Shown: one piece after another, positions 52,411 through 64,000 of the stretch
Layout: every line of letters begins with the position of its first letter
Position numbering within the stretch: position 1 is the stretch's first letter
Assembly (NCBI GenBank): GCA_002269645.1
Contig: NIVC01002746.1
Coordinates: 1-64,000 of the forward strand
Length of the DNA: 64,000 bases
From: Macrostomum lignano
Taxonomy: Eukaryota
Direction of reading: 5' to 3'
Program-made: the position numbers and the translations under genes
The notes under the pieces: generated by a model
The model's input: the letters and a program-made list of their open reading frames with translations, nothing else
The model's database searches: none
Told to the model about the DNA's origin: nothing

Positions 52411-54073
52411 TGTGAGAACTCCGATCGCGATGCGAAATTCGGCTCACAACTGATGCTTTTAAGCTGTCAGAAAGATATCGATCTGGTTTGGTGAAGAAAA
52501 ACGTCCGTATGCAATGATTGTCAGCTCAAGTCTCGACTTTCAGCGAGTGAGCTTTCTTTACATCCATTTTGTTTGATTTGAAAGAGACATCGGCAGTTGA
52601 TCAGGTCTGGAACATTTGCAAAGCAAGCATTCAGACAGTCGTCACTGTTGCGAAGACAATGGACGCATCAGGGTTGCTTTTCTATGCAAGGGGTGGTAAA
52701 AGCATCACATGACTGTATGACGAGGCTCCAGAATTTTCAGGTTTACCTTAAACCTTTCCCAGGCACATAAATGTAGCTGTTGGAGTTGCGGCTCCCCATG
52801 GCATCGGATGTGTTGTCACTTTTCTCCATCACCGCTCTCTGATTTCCGCAGGCAAACACACGCACGCGCTGTCTGTCTTACAAACATTGAGAGTCTGGTC
52901 CTTTTCCGTGATTGTGGGGAAGACTTGGTCTGAAAAAGCGCTGTTTTGTCAGAAAGTTTCAGACATTTTGAAACACTTTCAAACACGAATAAATGGCCGA
53001 CTGGAAAAAAGTATTAGGAAAACAAGCGACAGGTCAAAGGACCTGAGGGATACTACTTGCAGCAGACAAACAACGCTCGTAGTGGATCTAGATAACTCCG
53101 AGCTTTAAACAAAACGCGTACTCGGATGTTTAAAAGATTAGAATAGCTATTGTGAACTTTTGAATTCTTATAAACTCTCTCAAAGACCACTAGAAGTTAC
53201 CGTTGTTTCAGGATGTAACTTTTGAAGTCCCGCTTGTTTGCATTGCAGCTAAACTTTAAATGCTCATAACTCTAAATCTGTCGAATAGAATGCATTTTCG
53301 AAAGCAAGCATCGCTAAATACACGTGAACAATTGCGGTTTTTTAGTCTACGAGCGTACATTTGTTACATAGAACTATAGCAGGACTGAGAACTATATACC
53401 ATTGACATATGGCCAAGCATTCTTAAATGGATTTACTGCACGGCTTGGGATTTACTGCACAGTCGCGTTATCTATCTATGTCTATGGCTAAAACCAGAAG
53501 AATGCTTTGCTCATAAATCAATGAATCTATCTCTAGGTTCCTTCGTGCGTAAATAGTCTTGGCACGAGTGCGCGTTAGCGCACTTACAGATGACCTACAT
53601 CTACATGAGGTAGGTCATACCTACATCTACAATGCACCTACAGAAAGTGCATTTCTCGCCTCTTTCCCAAGTCTCATCCTTTTCCCGAGAAACAACAACT
53701 TCTATGGTAATTTATCGGTTGTAGGACTGAGAACTATTTATCAGTCCCCAAACGAGGACTGAGAAATGGTAGATTTATCTCTAGGTTCCTTCGTGCGTAA
53801 ATAGTCTGCACATCACTTGCACATCACATCAGATGCCCCTACTATACGTACAGCCGATCCCGACGCCAGCCGAATCCTTTTTGATGTTCCCATGGTTCCG
53901 TTCCTTGCCTATTTTAAGCGCCTGATCACCCAAAACCCAAAGTGCAAAATTTTGTTAGGCCTCAATTGTTATATTAAACGCTTGATATCGTTGTTTATTT
54001 AATCGAGGAGTGAACGAGCCTTAAGCCTCAGATCCTTAGAAATCCATGGAAAACCGGCTTTGGGTAACTTAAA

Positions 54074-55251
54074 TCAAGTCTCAATCGGTTCACACAGCCG
54101 CTCAACCGCAGCAAAGTCAGCTAATCCGAAGGCTTTTGCAGCCAGACCGTAGCAGGCCATGCTGCCCTTCAGGCATTTCTCCTGGAAGCTGTGGTAGCCC
54201 AGCCGAAGGCAGTGAAACTCCTCACGTGGCACCGGAGAAAACCCGCCGCTTAACGCATCAATCATTGACAGTGCGCCGTTGAAGTAGAAGTGCATCTGTT
54301 TCTTAGCTGAGAAGACAACGCCAATCGACAGTCTGCGCAAAGCATCGGTGGTGTCAAGCAGCTCTGAGGATGACGCCCGAAGGTACCCAGCGCCATCGAA
54401 GCGAACGGTCCAGGCCGCGTAGTTGTAGATGCCACCGAGACTGCGGCCGAATGTGTTCGCCGGAGTGCTCGTCTCGTCTTTGCATAGCTGGTAGCGATGG
54501 TAGATTGTGTTGCTGTGGCGCAGAGAGAGGTGTTTAAAATGCCTTACTAATCAGAATCTACCTTATTGAATTGTTCTTTATAACAACTCACACGCCTTCC
54601 ATAGCATCAGCGAACTTCAAAAAGAAGGAGTAGTTCTTTCCATAGTCCAGAAGCTTCTCAAAACCAGGAGTTTCAGTGCTCAGGTAGGAGCTTGTATTGC
54701 CTTTAAAGTGAGCACCAGCTGCATCAATTGTTACATCGTAAGCCTTGAGACAGGACATTCTCGGGTTGACCTCATTCTTCAGACCGCTCCGAGAGAACTT
54801 GTAGAACAGCTTCAGCTTGAGCTGTTTCACCAGCGGCTCAGAAGACTCTGCGATGATAAATGCATAATCAATTTAAACAAAGTAACTGATTTCATTGGAG
54901 AGACGCAGAGCTGTCAAGACAGCAGCCGCTGAGCCGCTCACCGCAATCTCCGCACAGCACATCGGTGTACTTGTAAGAGTCGCAGTCGCCGTCAGTCCAT
55001 TGCTCGAGTTGGGAACACGCGTCTCCATGGTAACACAGGCGGGTGGCGATGTCGAAGTGGAATGCGTTGCAGGTGGGCAGTCGGGAGCAGGCGGCGGCGC
55101 ACTGCAGCTTGTTGGCCAGGCGGTGCGGCAGCGTAGAGGCGGCCGCGGTGGGGCAGCGTCGGGTCTTTGTTGCTGCGAAGTTTGGCAGCACCTTGGCGCT
55201 TGAAGTCGCCGCCAGCAGGCAGCTGAGCAGCAGGAGGCAGAGCACTGACAT
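54074..55251 (-). CDS. PAN + LamG-like protein, copy F (intact, about 334 aa)
   Basis: Exons 55251-54942, 54847-54592, 54512-54074. A-type signal peptide. A 1-nt deletion changes the tail to EPIET versus ETD in copy E. Confidence 0.8.
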
Positions 55252-56431
55252 TCGGATGGACTTTGCCTTAGCTAATTGTAGGGCAGCTCTCTTGTTAAAA
55301 CCTGTAGCTAGTGTATTTTAGACACGGGTTGGTTTATCTTAACTTAAAATTTGGTTCCAGTTCCATATAGCTATTCCTTTTCAGAAATGGGCGATGCTTC
55401 ATTCTTGAGTGTTTATAGTGATTGACGCGCAGGTTTTGAGAATAGAATTTTGTACGAGTTTTTGGATATTTGTATGCTGTCTTCTTTAATTCAAGGGGAG
55501 GGGCAGACCATGCACTTCAAATCCTCTATAACTGATGTCGGTGGCTCGTAGGTGTCCTCTTCACAGTGCCAATTTTACACGCAAATCGTTTTGGATTGAC
55601 ACTTACCAATTGCTGTCCCATTCTCTCATTGTTTCATCAACCTAGGTGAAGTGTCGATGCAAGAATTAGACAGACGATGCGGGTTCATCTGCACTGCTCA
55701 GTACGCTGATTGCTTGTTTAAAAAACAGCAAATTGGTTGTCTGACCAAGCGAAATCAACTCGAGCGTTTTCTCTGACGCTTTGTGTTGCAGTTTTAAAAA
55801 TCTATTTCAGCCTTATCGCACCACTACAGAAAGGTCGCTGCAGCACCTGGACTTGAGATCCTCTGACCAACTTTTGAACTTTTCTGTGGATGGCTCGACT
55901 CGTGCTGCCGTCTGAGGACCTCAGAGCAGTCAGCATGGCCCTCTCTGGGCATGGCTGCTCTCCTTCAGCGCCAGGTAAGTGAGGAGCGGTGCCCCTTCTG
56001 TCGCTCAGGAAGTTTGTCGTTTGATTGGCGTTATTTAATGAATTAAAGCAGCTGCTCAAAGGCTCAAAAACAGCGCCAAGGGCTCGAGCAAAACAAAGCA
56101 AAGTTGAGCAGGCTTGAGCAGTTACCGATTTTCGATTGCACGAATTAGGACCATCAGAATAAGGACAAAGAGGAATTACAAATCCACCAAACCTACCAAA
56201 AGCAAAATTGTGAGCACTTATCATGATTGGAGTTGCGCCGGGGTGAGTTGAGCCGAGATTGTTGTTGCCTCGACAATTAACTGATTGAATTTGAATTAAT
56301 AAACACAAATTGATCATGATTGTCGAAGCAGCGCCACAGATACGACTCGTACTCGTAGGTCTATTTAATTGCTGGCTCAAAGCAGCAGCCGAGTCAAGGA
56401 CTAGCTGTTAGTTGGAGAAATTCCGGAAAAA

Positions 56432-57616
56432 ATGAAGAACTGGAACGCAATTCAACTACACTTCACCTGCCTCCTACTACTCAGCTGCCTGGCGGTGACT
56501 TCAAGCGCCAAGGTGCAGCCGAAGTTCGCCGCGACAAAGACCCGACGCTGCCCAACCGCGGCCGCCTCTCCGCTGCCGCACCGCCTGGCCAGCAAGCTGC
56601 AGTGCGCCACCGCCTGCTCCCGACTGCCCACCTGCAACGCATTCCACTTCGACATCGCCACCCGCCTGTGTTACCATGGAGACGCGTGTTCCCAACTCGA
56701 GCAATGGACTGACGGCGACTGCGACTCTTACAAGTACACCGATGTGCTGTGCGGAGACTGCGGTGAGCGGCTCGGTGGCTGCTGTCTTGACAGCTCTGCG
56801 TCTCTCCAATAAAATCATTTTTTTGTTTAAACTCATTATAAATTTATCACTGCAGAAACTTCTGAGCCGCTGGTGAAACAGCTCAAGCTGAAGCTGTTCT
56901 ACAAGTTCTCTCGGAGCGGTCTGAAGAATGAGGTCAACCGGAGACTGTCCTGTCTCAGGGCTCACGACGTGACAATTGATGCAGCTGGTGCTCACTTCAA
57001 GGGCAACACGGGCTCCTACTTGAGCACTGAGACCCCCGGTTTTGAGAAGTTTCTTGGAGTCGGTTCCACCTACTCGACTTTTGCGCAGGTTCGGCACGCC
57101 ATGTCTGGCGGGTGAGAAAGAATTCACTCTGCTTTTAACATTAAATTGCTTGTAACTTACATGCATCACCTCTCTTGTATCACCTACCTCTGTGCATATA
57201 GGTGGCAGTACTACAGCAGATTCCAAGAGTGCTCTGGAAATTACGCCAGCAATTCAATTTCCCAGTTTCAAGACTATTTCTACGTCTTTAATTGGCTGTC
57301 TACCAACACCGGCGAGGTTCTGTACGGACTATCACCAAACTTCCTCCCTACCGACGGCTCTGTGCATCTCCTGTCGGCTGGATTCACCTACGACGGACTC
57401 GAGTTTAGGGACGTGTATAGGAACGGCACTTTGGAGGCGATTTATCGGACGGCTTACAACACTTATAGTTCTTCCATCGCCGCCTTTCAATGCCTCCGAC
57501 TGGGATTTCATCTCACAAGCGACCGTTGTCTCAACGGCTCAATGAGTTGCTTCGCCCTGAGCACTAAGATGCTCAATCAGACCGAATACGAGATGCTGCA
57601 GCAGCTCTGCTACTGA
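56432..57616 (+). CDS. PAN + LamG-like protein, copy G (intact, inverted, about 333 aa)
   Basis: Exons 56432-56762, 56856-57111, 57202-57616; GT-AG; open frame. Confidence 0.8.
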
Positions 57617-58096
57617 TTCAACATAACCATCAGCACGAGTTGCAGTACAACCTGTTCCAAATGAGAAACCTACTTTTTGAAGTCAATTAGAAATTTGGAC
57701 TTTTGCTTTTACTGACATGTGCATGTAAAACGATTTCTGACCGCCAAGTCTCGAAAAAAATGAATACGACTGAATGGACCGATTAATTACGACCAATATT
57801 ATTTAAAGCACGAAAGCTTCAAGTGAGTAGTGCGAAGCAAGAAAATGAAGACTTTGCTTTTTAATTATTGCACTGCCAAGAGTTAATAGAATCGGGAATT
57901 CACTGCCGCGTCAATTACTGGTGCTTTTAGCATTGCGCAAGCACAGTTCATGGGGAGAGATTAGATTGGTTAGACTATAGTTTCAGCTTCCGTTGGTGAT
58001 TCCCTGTGCACTGTACAGAACAGTGAACAGTGATTCCCTTAATCGCCTGGGGGGTGGGGTTGGGCGCGGCGGATATCAAAAACCTGTAGGCAATTG

Positions 58097-58252
58097 AGTG
58101 CCTGTGGCGCTAAAATGCGTGCCTGCGGCGCCAAAATGAGTGCCTGCGGCGCCAAAATGAGTGCCTGCAGCGCAAAAATGAGTGCCTGCGGCGCCAAAAT
58201 GAGTGCCTGCGGCGCCAAAATGAATGCCTGCGGCGCTTAAATGAGTGCCTGC
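58097..58252. repeat. 21-bp minisatellite, left part (split by the LTR element)
   Basis: Unit GAGTGCCTGCGGCGCCAAAAT. Confidence 0.9.
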
Positions 58253-61200
58253 TTTTGTGGCCGCTGGCCAAATGAATGAAATCAATTCACGTAAGGCGAA
58301 GGAGAGGAGAGGTGGCTCTCAGCTACAGTGAGCTGGCCAATATATATTATCTGACTGATATGAGCTAGATGTACATCGATGCGCGTACGTTACATAATAG
58401 CATTGAGCATGCACATTCACAACATCATCCCCCCGTGCAAAGAGGTGACAGATTACGGGTGGGATAAGCAGACGCATTAAAAAGCAAGCAATGTCAATGG
58501 AACAGTTTTCGGTGCATGAGCAGTCAGTTAGTCAAGTCAGTCAATCGTGAGTCACAACGTTGCCGAACCATTGAGGCGGTGCACGAAGTCTCTCAGAGCG
58601 GCGCAGCGGTGGCGTTGGCGGTGGCGCCGCCTCTGGTCTCCCGCCGTCCGGCTGTTGCAGAGCCTCTGTGTCGTCGGCCCCGTCACCCCAGCCGTGGTGG
58701 TCATCAAGGATGCAGCGGCTGATGTGCCAGCGGCTGCCATCGGTCAGAGTGATGGTGTTGCCCTCGCGACTGACGACTGTCTGTGGCTCGGAGACGCCGC
58801 TGCTGAGCTTTCCGCGCCTCGGCCGGCGGACGCGGACGCGGCTCCCGACAGTCAACGCTGCGTCCTTCAGCGGCTGGTTCCGCTTGCGCATCCGGCGGCG
58901 GCTCTTGGCCCGCTGCTGTCGCTCCGTGACGCTGCGCCGCAGCTCCTGGTCCGTCGTTGACTCGGTGCTTGCTGGTTGAAGACGATCGAGAGGCAGGCGG
59001 AGCTTCCGTCCCAGCATCAGTTCAGCCGGCGACTTCTTGGTCAGCGCGTGCTCAGATGATCGATACGCGAGCAGCAGCTCCTGAACCGCCTGCTTCACTG
59101 GCACACTGTCGGCGAGTAGTGCGCGCAGTGACGTCTTGATGAAGCCGTTGAATCTCTCGACTCCGCCATTCTGCTGTGGACAGTAGAACGGAGTGCGACG
59201 GTGCTTGATGCCGAGCGAGCTGAGGAAGTCCGTAAACTCGGTTGACACAAACTGAGGTCCGTTGTCCGTGGTAATTTCGTCTGGAAGCCCCCAGCGGACG
59301 AACAGGCTGCGAAGGGCTTCGATACACGCAGCGGAAGTCACGGATGAAGATGCGATGATCTCAGGCCACTTGGAGTAGAGATCGTGGACGACAATGAAAA
59401 ATCGATGGGACTGAGGCACATTGGCTTCCGGCAGCTCTCCAACTATATCGACTTGCAGCTGTCGCCATGGACCCGCTGGTAGCTCCGTCGTTGACCATGG
59501 GACCTTGATCGGCTTGAACGCTTTCTCGGACAGGACGCAGGCGCTGCAGTTCCGCACGAAGGCTTCCACGTCGCTGTCGATGCGCGGCCACCAGACCGTA
59601 TCGCGGCACCGCGCCTTGACCTTGGCGACGCCGAGATGTCCTTGATGCGCCTCTGCCAGCACAAGGTCGCGGAGGTCAGTCGGGATGACGGCTCGGCTGC
59701 CTCTCGCCAGGCAGCAACCATCGTTCCACAGGTAGAGCTCGTGTTGCACCTGGTGGAAGCCCTTCAGGTCGGCTGGAACCTCGACTGGCCATCCGTTGAT
59801 GAGGAACCCGATGACTCGCTGCAGTTGGTTGTCGCTCTTGGTTGCGTCGGCCAGTTGAGTGACTGAGATCGGCTCGGCGCTTCTGGCCAGCACCAGGTTG
59901 ATGTCGGACTCGCTCTGGTGCTGCTCATTGGACTCGTTGGCTGCGCTCTTGCCGTCGTAGCCGTAGCGAGACAGAAAGTCGGGCTGGACGTTGAGCTTGC
60001 CGGGGACGTACTCGATGTCGAAGTCGTAGACGAAGAGTCGCTCGCACCAGCGCTGAAGTCGAAGAGGTCGTTGGCCGACTCCTCGAGGTGACAGCAGGGT
60101 CGTCAGCGCTTGATGGTCGGTGAGAAGCTTGAACTTGCGACCGTACAGCAGCAGGTGCCAATGCTCGCAGCTCCAGAAAGAGGCCAAGGCCTCTTTCTCT
60201 GACGCAGAGTAGCGGCGCTCGGTGTCGGATAGGGCTCGCGAAGCAAAGGCGACTGGCCGCAGCTGTCCGTGCTCGTCGACTTGGCTCAGGGTCGCGCCCA
60301 GGGAGACGTCGCTGCTGTCGCAGGAGACGACGGTTTCGTGATCTTGGTCGAAGAACTTCAGGCACGGTGCTGATGAGATGAGCCGCTTCACCTCGCTGAA
60401 GGCCGCCTCGCATTTCGCGTCCCAGTTCCATGGCGCGTCCTTGCGCAGGAGCGCTGTCAGCGGCTCGGCGACGTGAGACAGGTTCTTGATGTAGAACTGG
60501 AAGAACTTTGCAAAGCCGAGGAATGAAGCCAACTCTGCCGTATTTGTGGGTGCCTTGAGTTCCGATACGGACTCGGTGTGCGACTGGAGAGGTTGAATTC
60601 CCGCTGCGCTGACGCGGTGTCCGACGAACTCGATCTCCGACGCCTTGAAGATGCACTTCTTGAGGTTGACGGTTACTCGATGCTGCAGCAACTTGTCCAG
60701 TACCTGAAGTACGCGAATTTCGTGCTCGGCTTCCGTAGCGGCGTGAACGGCGATGTCGTCTTGATAGTGAACGACGCCTCTGATGCCTTGGAGGATCTTG
60801 CCGACGACCTTCTGGAAAGCCGCCGGAGCCGAGCTGATGCCGAACGGCATCCATCTGAATCGGTAGAGGCCGGATTCGGTGTGGAAGCAGGTCAGATTCT
60901 TGGCGTCATCATGCAGAGGCAGCTGTAGATACGACTGGTTGAGGTCGATCCTTGAGAAAAACTTCGAATTGGTGAATTCGGTCACCAGGTCGGCGAAGGT
61001 AGGCAGTGACATCGAGTCCGGGATGATCGCCTTGTTGACGCTTCGCAGATCAACGCAGAGGCGCAGCTTCCCATCGGCCTTGCGGGCACAGGTGACGTTG
61101 GACTGCCAGTCAGGGATGTCGCCGTCGACTCGCTCGATGATGCCTTCTTCCTCCCAGCGTTGAATCTCGCTGTCGCACTCCTGGCGCAGCGCTAGAGGCA

Positions 61201-62869
61201 GTCGGCGCAGACGCTGAGCTACGGGAGGCACAGTTGGGTCAACTCTGGGACGGTGGCAGAACCCTTTGATCTCACCGAGTCCGGTGCCCAAGGCGTGGTA
61301 CTTAGCTGGAATCCATTCGGGCATCGACGTGGTCGGAGGCTCCTCGGACTCGACCGCAGCAATCTGATGTCCGGAAGGCCCGAGAACTCTGCAGTTCAGC
61401 TTGTCCATCAGGTCGATTCCCATCAGGTCATCGCCGTCCATGACGACGGTGAAGGTGAACGACGGGAGCTGGACGCAGTCGAACTCGACCGTGGCGTCGA
61501 CCTCGCCGGCGACGCTGATGCTGGAGCCGTTGTACGACACGAGATGTCTCTCCGACGGTCGCAGGGGGACCTTGGGTCCGAAAATCTTCCTGCAGGTCTG
61601 CATGTTGATGATGGAGACCTTGGCAGCTGTGTCCACCAACAGCGGAGTGCTGAACCCGTTGATCCTGACGCTGGCTCTCTTGTACTCGCCCTTCTTGTCC
61701 GTGCTGACGGCGAAGATGCTTTGCTGAGCGGAGCTGTCGAAGTCGACACATTGAACCTTCTTCTGAGCCGAGTGCGGTGCCGTGGTGCTGCTCTTGCACA
61801 CGCTGGCGAAGTGGTTAAGCTTCCCGCACTTCTTACACGCTTTGCCACGGGCAGCGCAGCGCGGGTCGCTGCCTGTGCGGTGGCCCGGCTTACCGCAGTG
61901 CGAGCAGCAGGACTCTTGCGGTGGTCGCGCTGCCTGGCCTCTGGTGCCAGTCGGAGCTCTCTTGGCGTTGATCTTCCTGATGCCGTCGTCAGCTGCATTC
62001 TTGCCGGTCAAGGACTTCTCACTCTGGATAGCTTTTTCCACCTGGGCGGCAATCTGGATTGCTCCGTCCAGGGTGAGCTCTTGCTCTAGCAGGAGGCGTT
62101 CGCGCACCTTCGCTGATGAAGTGCCGAAGATCAGCTGGTCCAGGATGAGGTCGTCGTGAAGGCTCTGGAACTCACAGTCTCTGGCGGCATGACGCAAGTT
62201 TGCCACGAATGCGTGCACGCCTTCGCCGCTCCGCTGGACGCACTTCCGGAAGTCATGGCGCTTGGCATACACGCTGACGGTGGCTGAAAGTGCTCCTTAA
62301 GCAGTTTGCATGCCGCTTTGAGTGTCGCTGGAGCTTCAGCTGGAGACTTGATAAGAGTCCGGTAGACTCGCACTCCTTCCCGCCCGAGGCAGTGCATGAG
62401 CAGTGCGATCTTCCTGGCTTCTTGCAAGCCGTCGACTCCTGACGCTAGCAGGTAGGTGTCGAACTCAGCGGCTCAAGTTTCCATGAAACCACAGGTGTTC
62501 CTGGGTTGTCGAGAAATGGAGGCGGTTCTCTCAGGTTTAGTCGTAGCGCTGGCGCTGTGGCGTTCATTTCTAACTTCACTGAGTTGAGTTTGCAGAATTG
62601 CAAGGCGATAGCGAGAGTTTGACTTGTGTGCCTTGGCTGCCGTGAGTTGAGTTTTGCGCGGGGTAGTTTTTCGCTAAGTCCCTGCTTGCGATGCCAGTGT
62701 TGTGGCCGCTGGCCAAGTGAATGAAATCAATTCACGTAAGGCGAAGGAGAGGAGAGGTGGCTCTCAGCTACAGTGAGCTGGCCAATATATATTATCTGAC
62801 TGATATGAGCTAGATGTACATCGATGCGCGTACGTTACATAATAGCATTGGGCATGCACATTCAAAACA
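58253..62869 (-). mobile_element. Full-length Ty3/Gypsy LTR retrotransposon (4617 bp), probably Mag-like
   Basis: 172-bp LTRs at 58253-58424 and 62698-62869 with 4 differences; 5-bp TSD CCTGC; PBS-like TGGCATCGCAAGCAGGG at 62696-62680; PPT GGGGGGATGA at 58434-58425; domain order PR-RT-RH-IN. The clade call is inferred from short LTRs, single gag-pol frame and two CCHC knuckles. Confidence 0.95.
58541..62567 (-). CDS. Gag-Pol polyprotein; two apparent frameshifts in 5' gag; main open frame 62272-58541
   Basis: ATG at 62567 (MNATAPALRLNLREPPPF); shifts near 62475 and 62282. Two CCHC knuckles, protease LVDTAA, RT YQDD, RNase H, and integrase with HHCC plus TDNGPQF..ERFN. Confidence 0.9.
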
Positions 62870-63112
62870 CCTGCGGCGCCAAAATGTGCCTGCGGCGCCA
62901 AATTGAGTGCCTGCGGCGCCAAAATGAGTGCCTGTGGCGCTAAAATGCGTGCCTGCAGCGCTAAAATGAGTGCCTGCGGCGCCAGAATGAGTGCCTGCGG
63001 CGCCAAATTGAGTGCCTGCGGCGCTAAAATGAGTGCCTGCGGCGCTAAAATGAGTGCCTGCGGCGCTAAAATGAGTGCCTGCGGCGCTAAAATGAGTGCC
63101 TGAGGCGCTAAA
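62870..63112. repeat. 21-bp minisatellite, right part
   Basis: Same unit as 58097-58252. Confidence 0.9.
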
Positions 63113-63265
63113 AGTGGCAATGACATAAGGCATGGCCAGCCAGGCCAATCCGCCCCCCCCACCTAATTGAAATTCCTGGCATTTTGACTTAATACTTGAC
63201 AGTTATAGTTACTTCTGCCGTTTACCCAAAGTTGCGTTAATTTTGCTTTAGGGTTTTTTACATGT

Positions 63266-63360
63266 AAGTCGCATTTTTGTTAAAACTAAGTCGCATTTTT
63301 GTTAAAACTAAGTCGCATTTTTGTTAAAACTAAGTCGCATTTTTGTTAAAACTAAGTCGC
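63266..63360. repeat. 22-bp tandem repeat, about 4 copies
   Basis: Unit GTCGCATTTTTGTTAAAACTAA. Confidence 0.85.
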
Positions 63361-64000
63361 ACGGCCGACCGAATTTTGGAGGTTGCGCATGTATGGACAA
63401 GAGTGAGACAAGAGTGATATTGTATGCTTGATAATACAATATCAAGCATCCCGACTGCAGAAGAATACACCATTATTTATTATGCTCTCAATAAATCGTT
63501 TTTTCAACCTATGGTTGAAATATAGGTTTCTTAGAAATGAACTGAAGACCGGTATGAACGAATGCGTAAATCACGAGGGCTGAAGGCCCGACGGATTTAT
63601 AAAATAGCTGCCGAAAAAGGCATGCCTTATATAGTCAAAAAGATTTTACGGGACATTATTGAATATTGGCAAATAAAATCCCGGAGAACACAAATAATGC
63701 CCGGAAAATGTTTTTATCTATGTTTTATGCAAATTCGTTGATACCGGTCTTCAGTTCATTTCTAACAAAATCGAGCGTAGCGTTCTACTGCAGTTGTAAA
63801 TGGCTGTTGAAAGCTAGGACGGCAAACTCCCGGTCCGTGGAAGCCTCTCTATCCGGCCCTCGGCTTTTTTGAAACTTCACACTATATAGCAATCTGGCCC
63901 GCTCATTAGGTTGTGCCTCTTCTCAGCTGTCTTTCTCTTCTCTACTCTCCTCTATTCCTGGCTCTCTTCTTCTCTCCCTTTCTCTCCCCCTCTTCTCTGC

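Noticed and set aside
58516-62427. Many overlapping ORFs within the retrotransposon
   Set aside because: Alternative-frame and antisense shadows of GC-rich gag-pol.

Overview
This is eukaryotic (animal) genomic DNA with GT-AG introns, so most of the supplied ORF track (alternative starts, ORFs running through repeats) is artefact. GC-rich exons and minisatellite-filled introns suggest a repeat-rich invertebrate such as a Macrostomum-like flatworm (inference only). Contents from left to right: (1) a 231-bp foldback at the window edge, two related intronless acidic orphan ORFs and several minisatellites (1-7 kb). (2) Nested non-autonomous DNA transposons (10.1-11.3 kb). (3) A complete 7-exon LTN1/Listerin gene (about 1780 aa) in which every intron carries its own tandem array. 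(4) A 5'-incomplete ABRA/STARS (Costars) gene. (5) A convergent, intron-containing Gypsy-type integrase gene with no RT (Ginger/GIN-like). (6) A foldback MITE. (7) A 21-kb cluster of 3-exon genes for secreted PAN/apple + LamG/ConA-like proteins: 5 intact copies, 1 truncated, 1 pseudogene and 1 orphan exon. Their cores, including intron 1, are nearly identical, while signal-peptide ends and C-terminal exons occur in shuffled combinations. (8) A full-length Ty3/Gypsy LTR element inserted in a minisatellite. The mosaic PAN-LamG cluster is the best candidate for an undescribed system. All alignments and counts were made by eye; no database searches were run.
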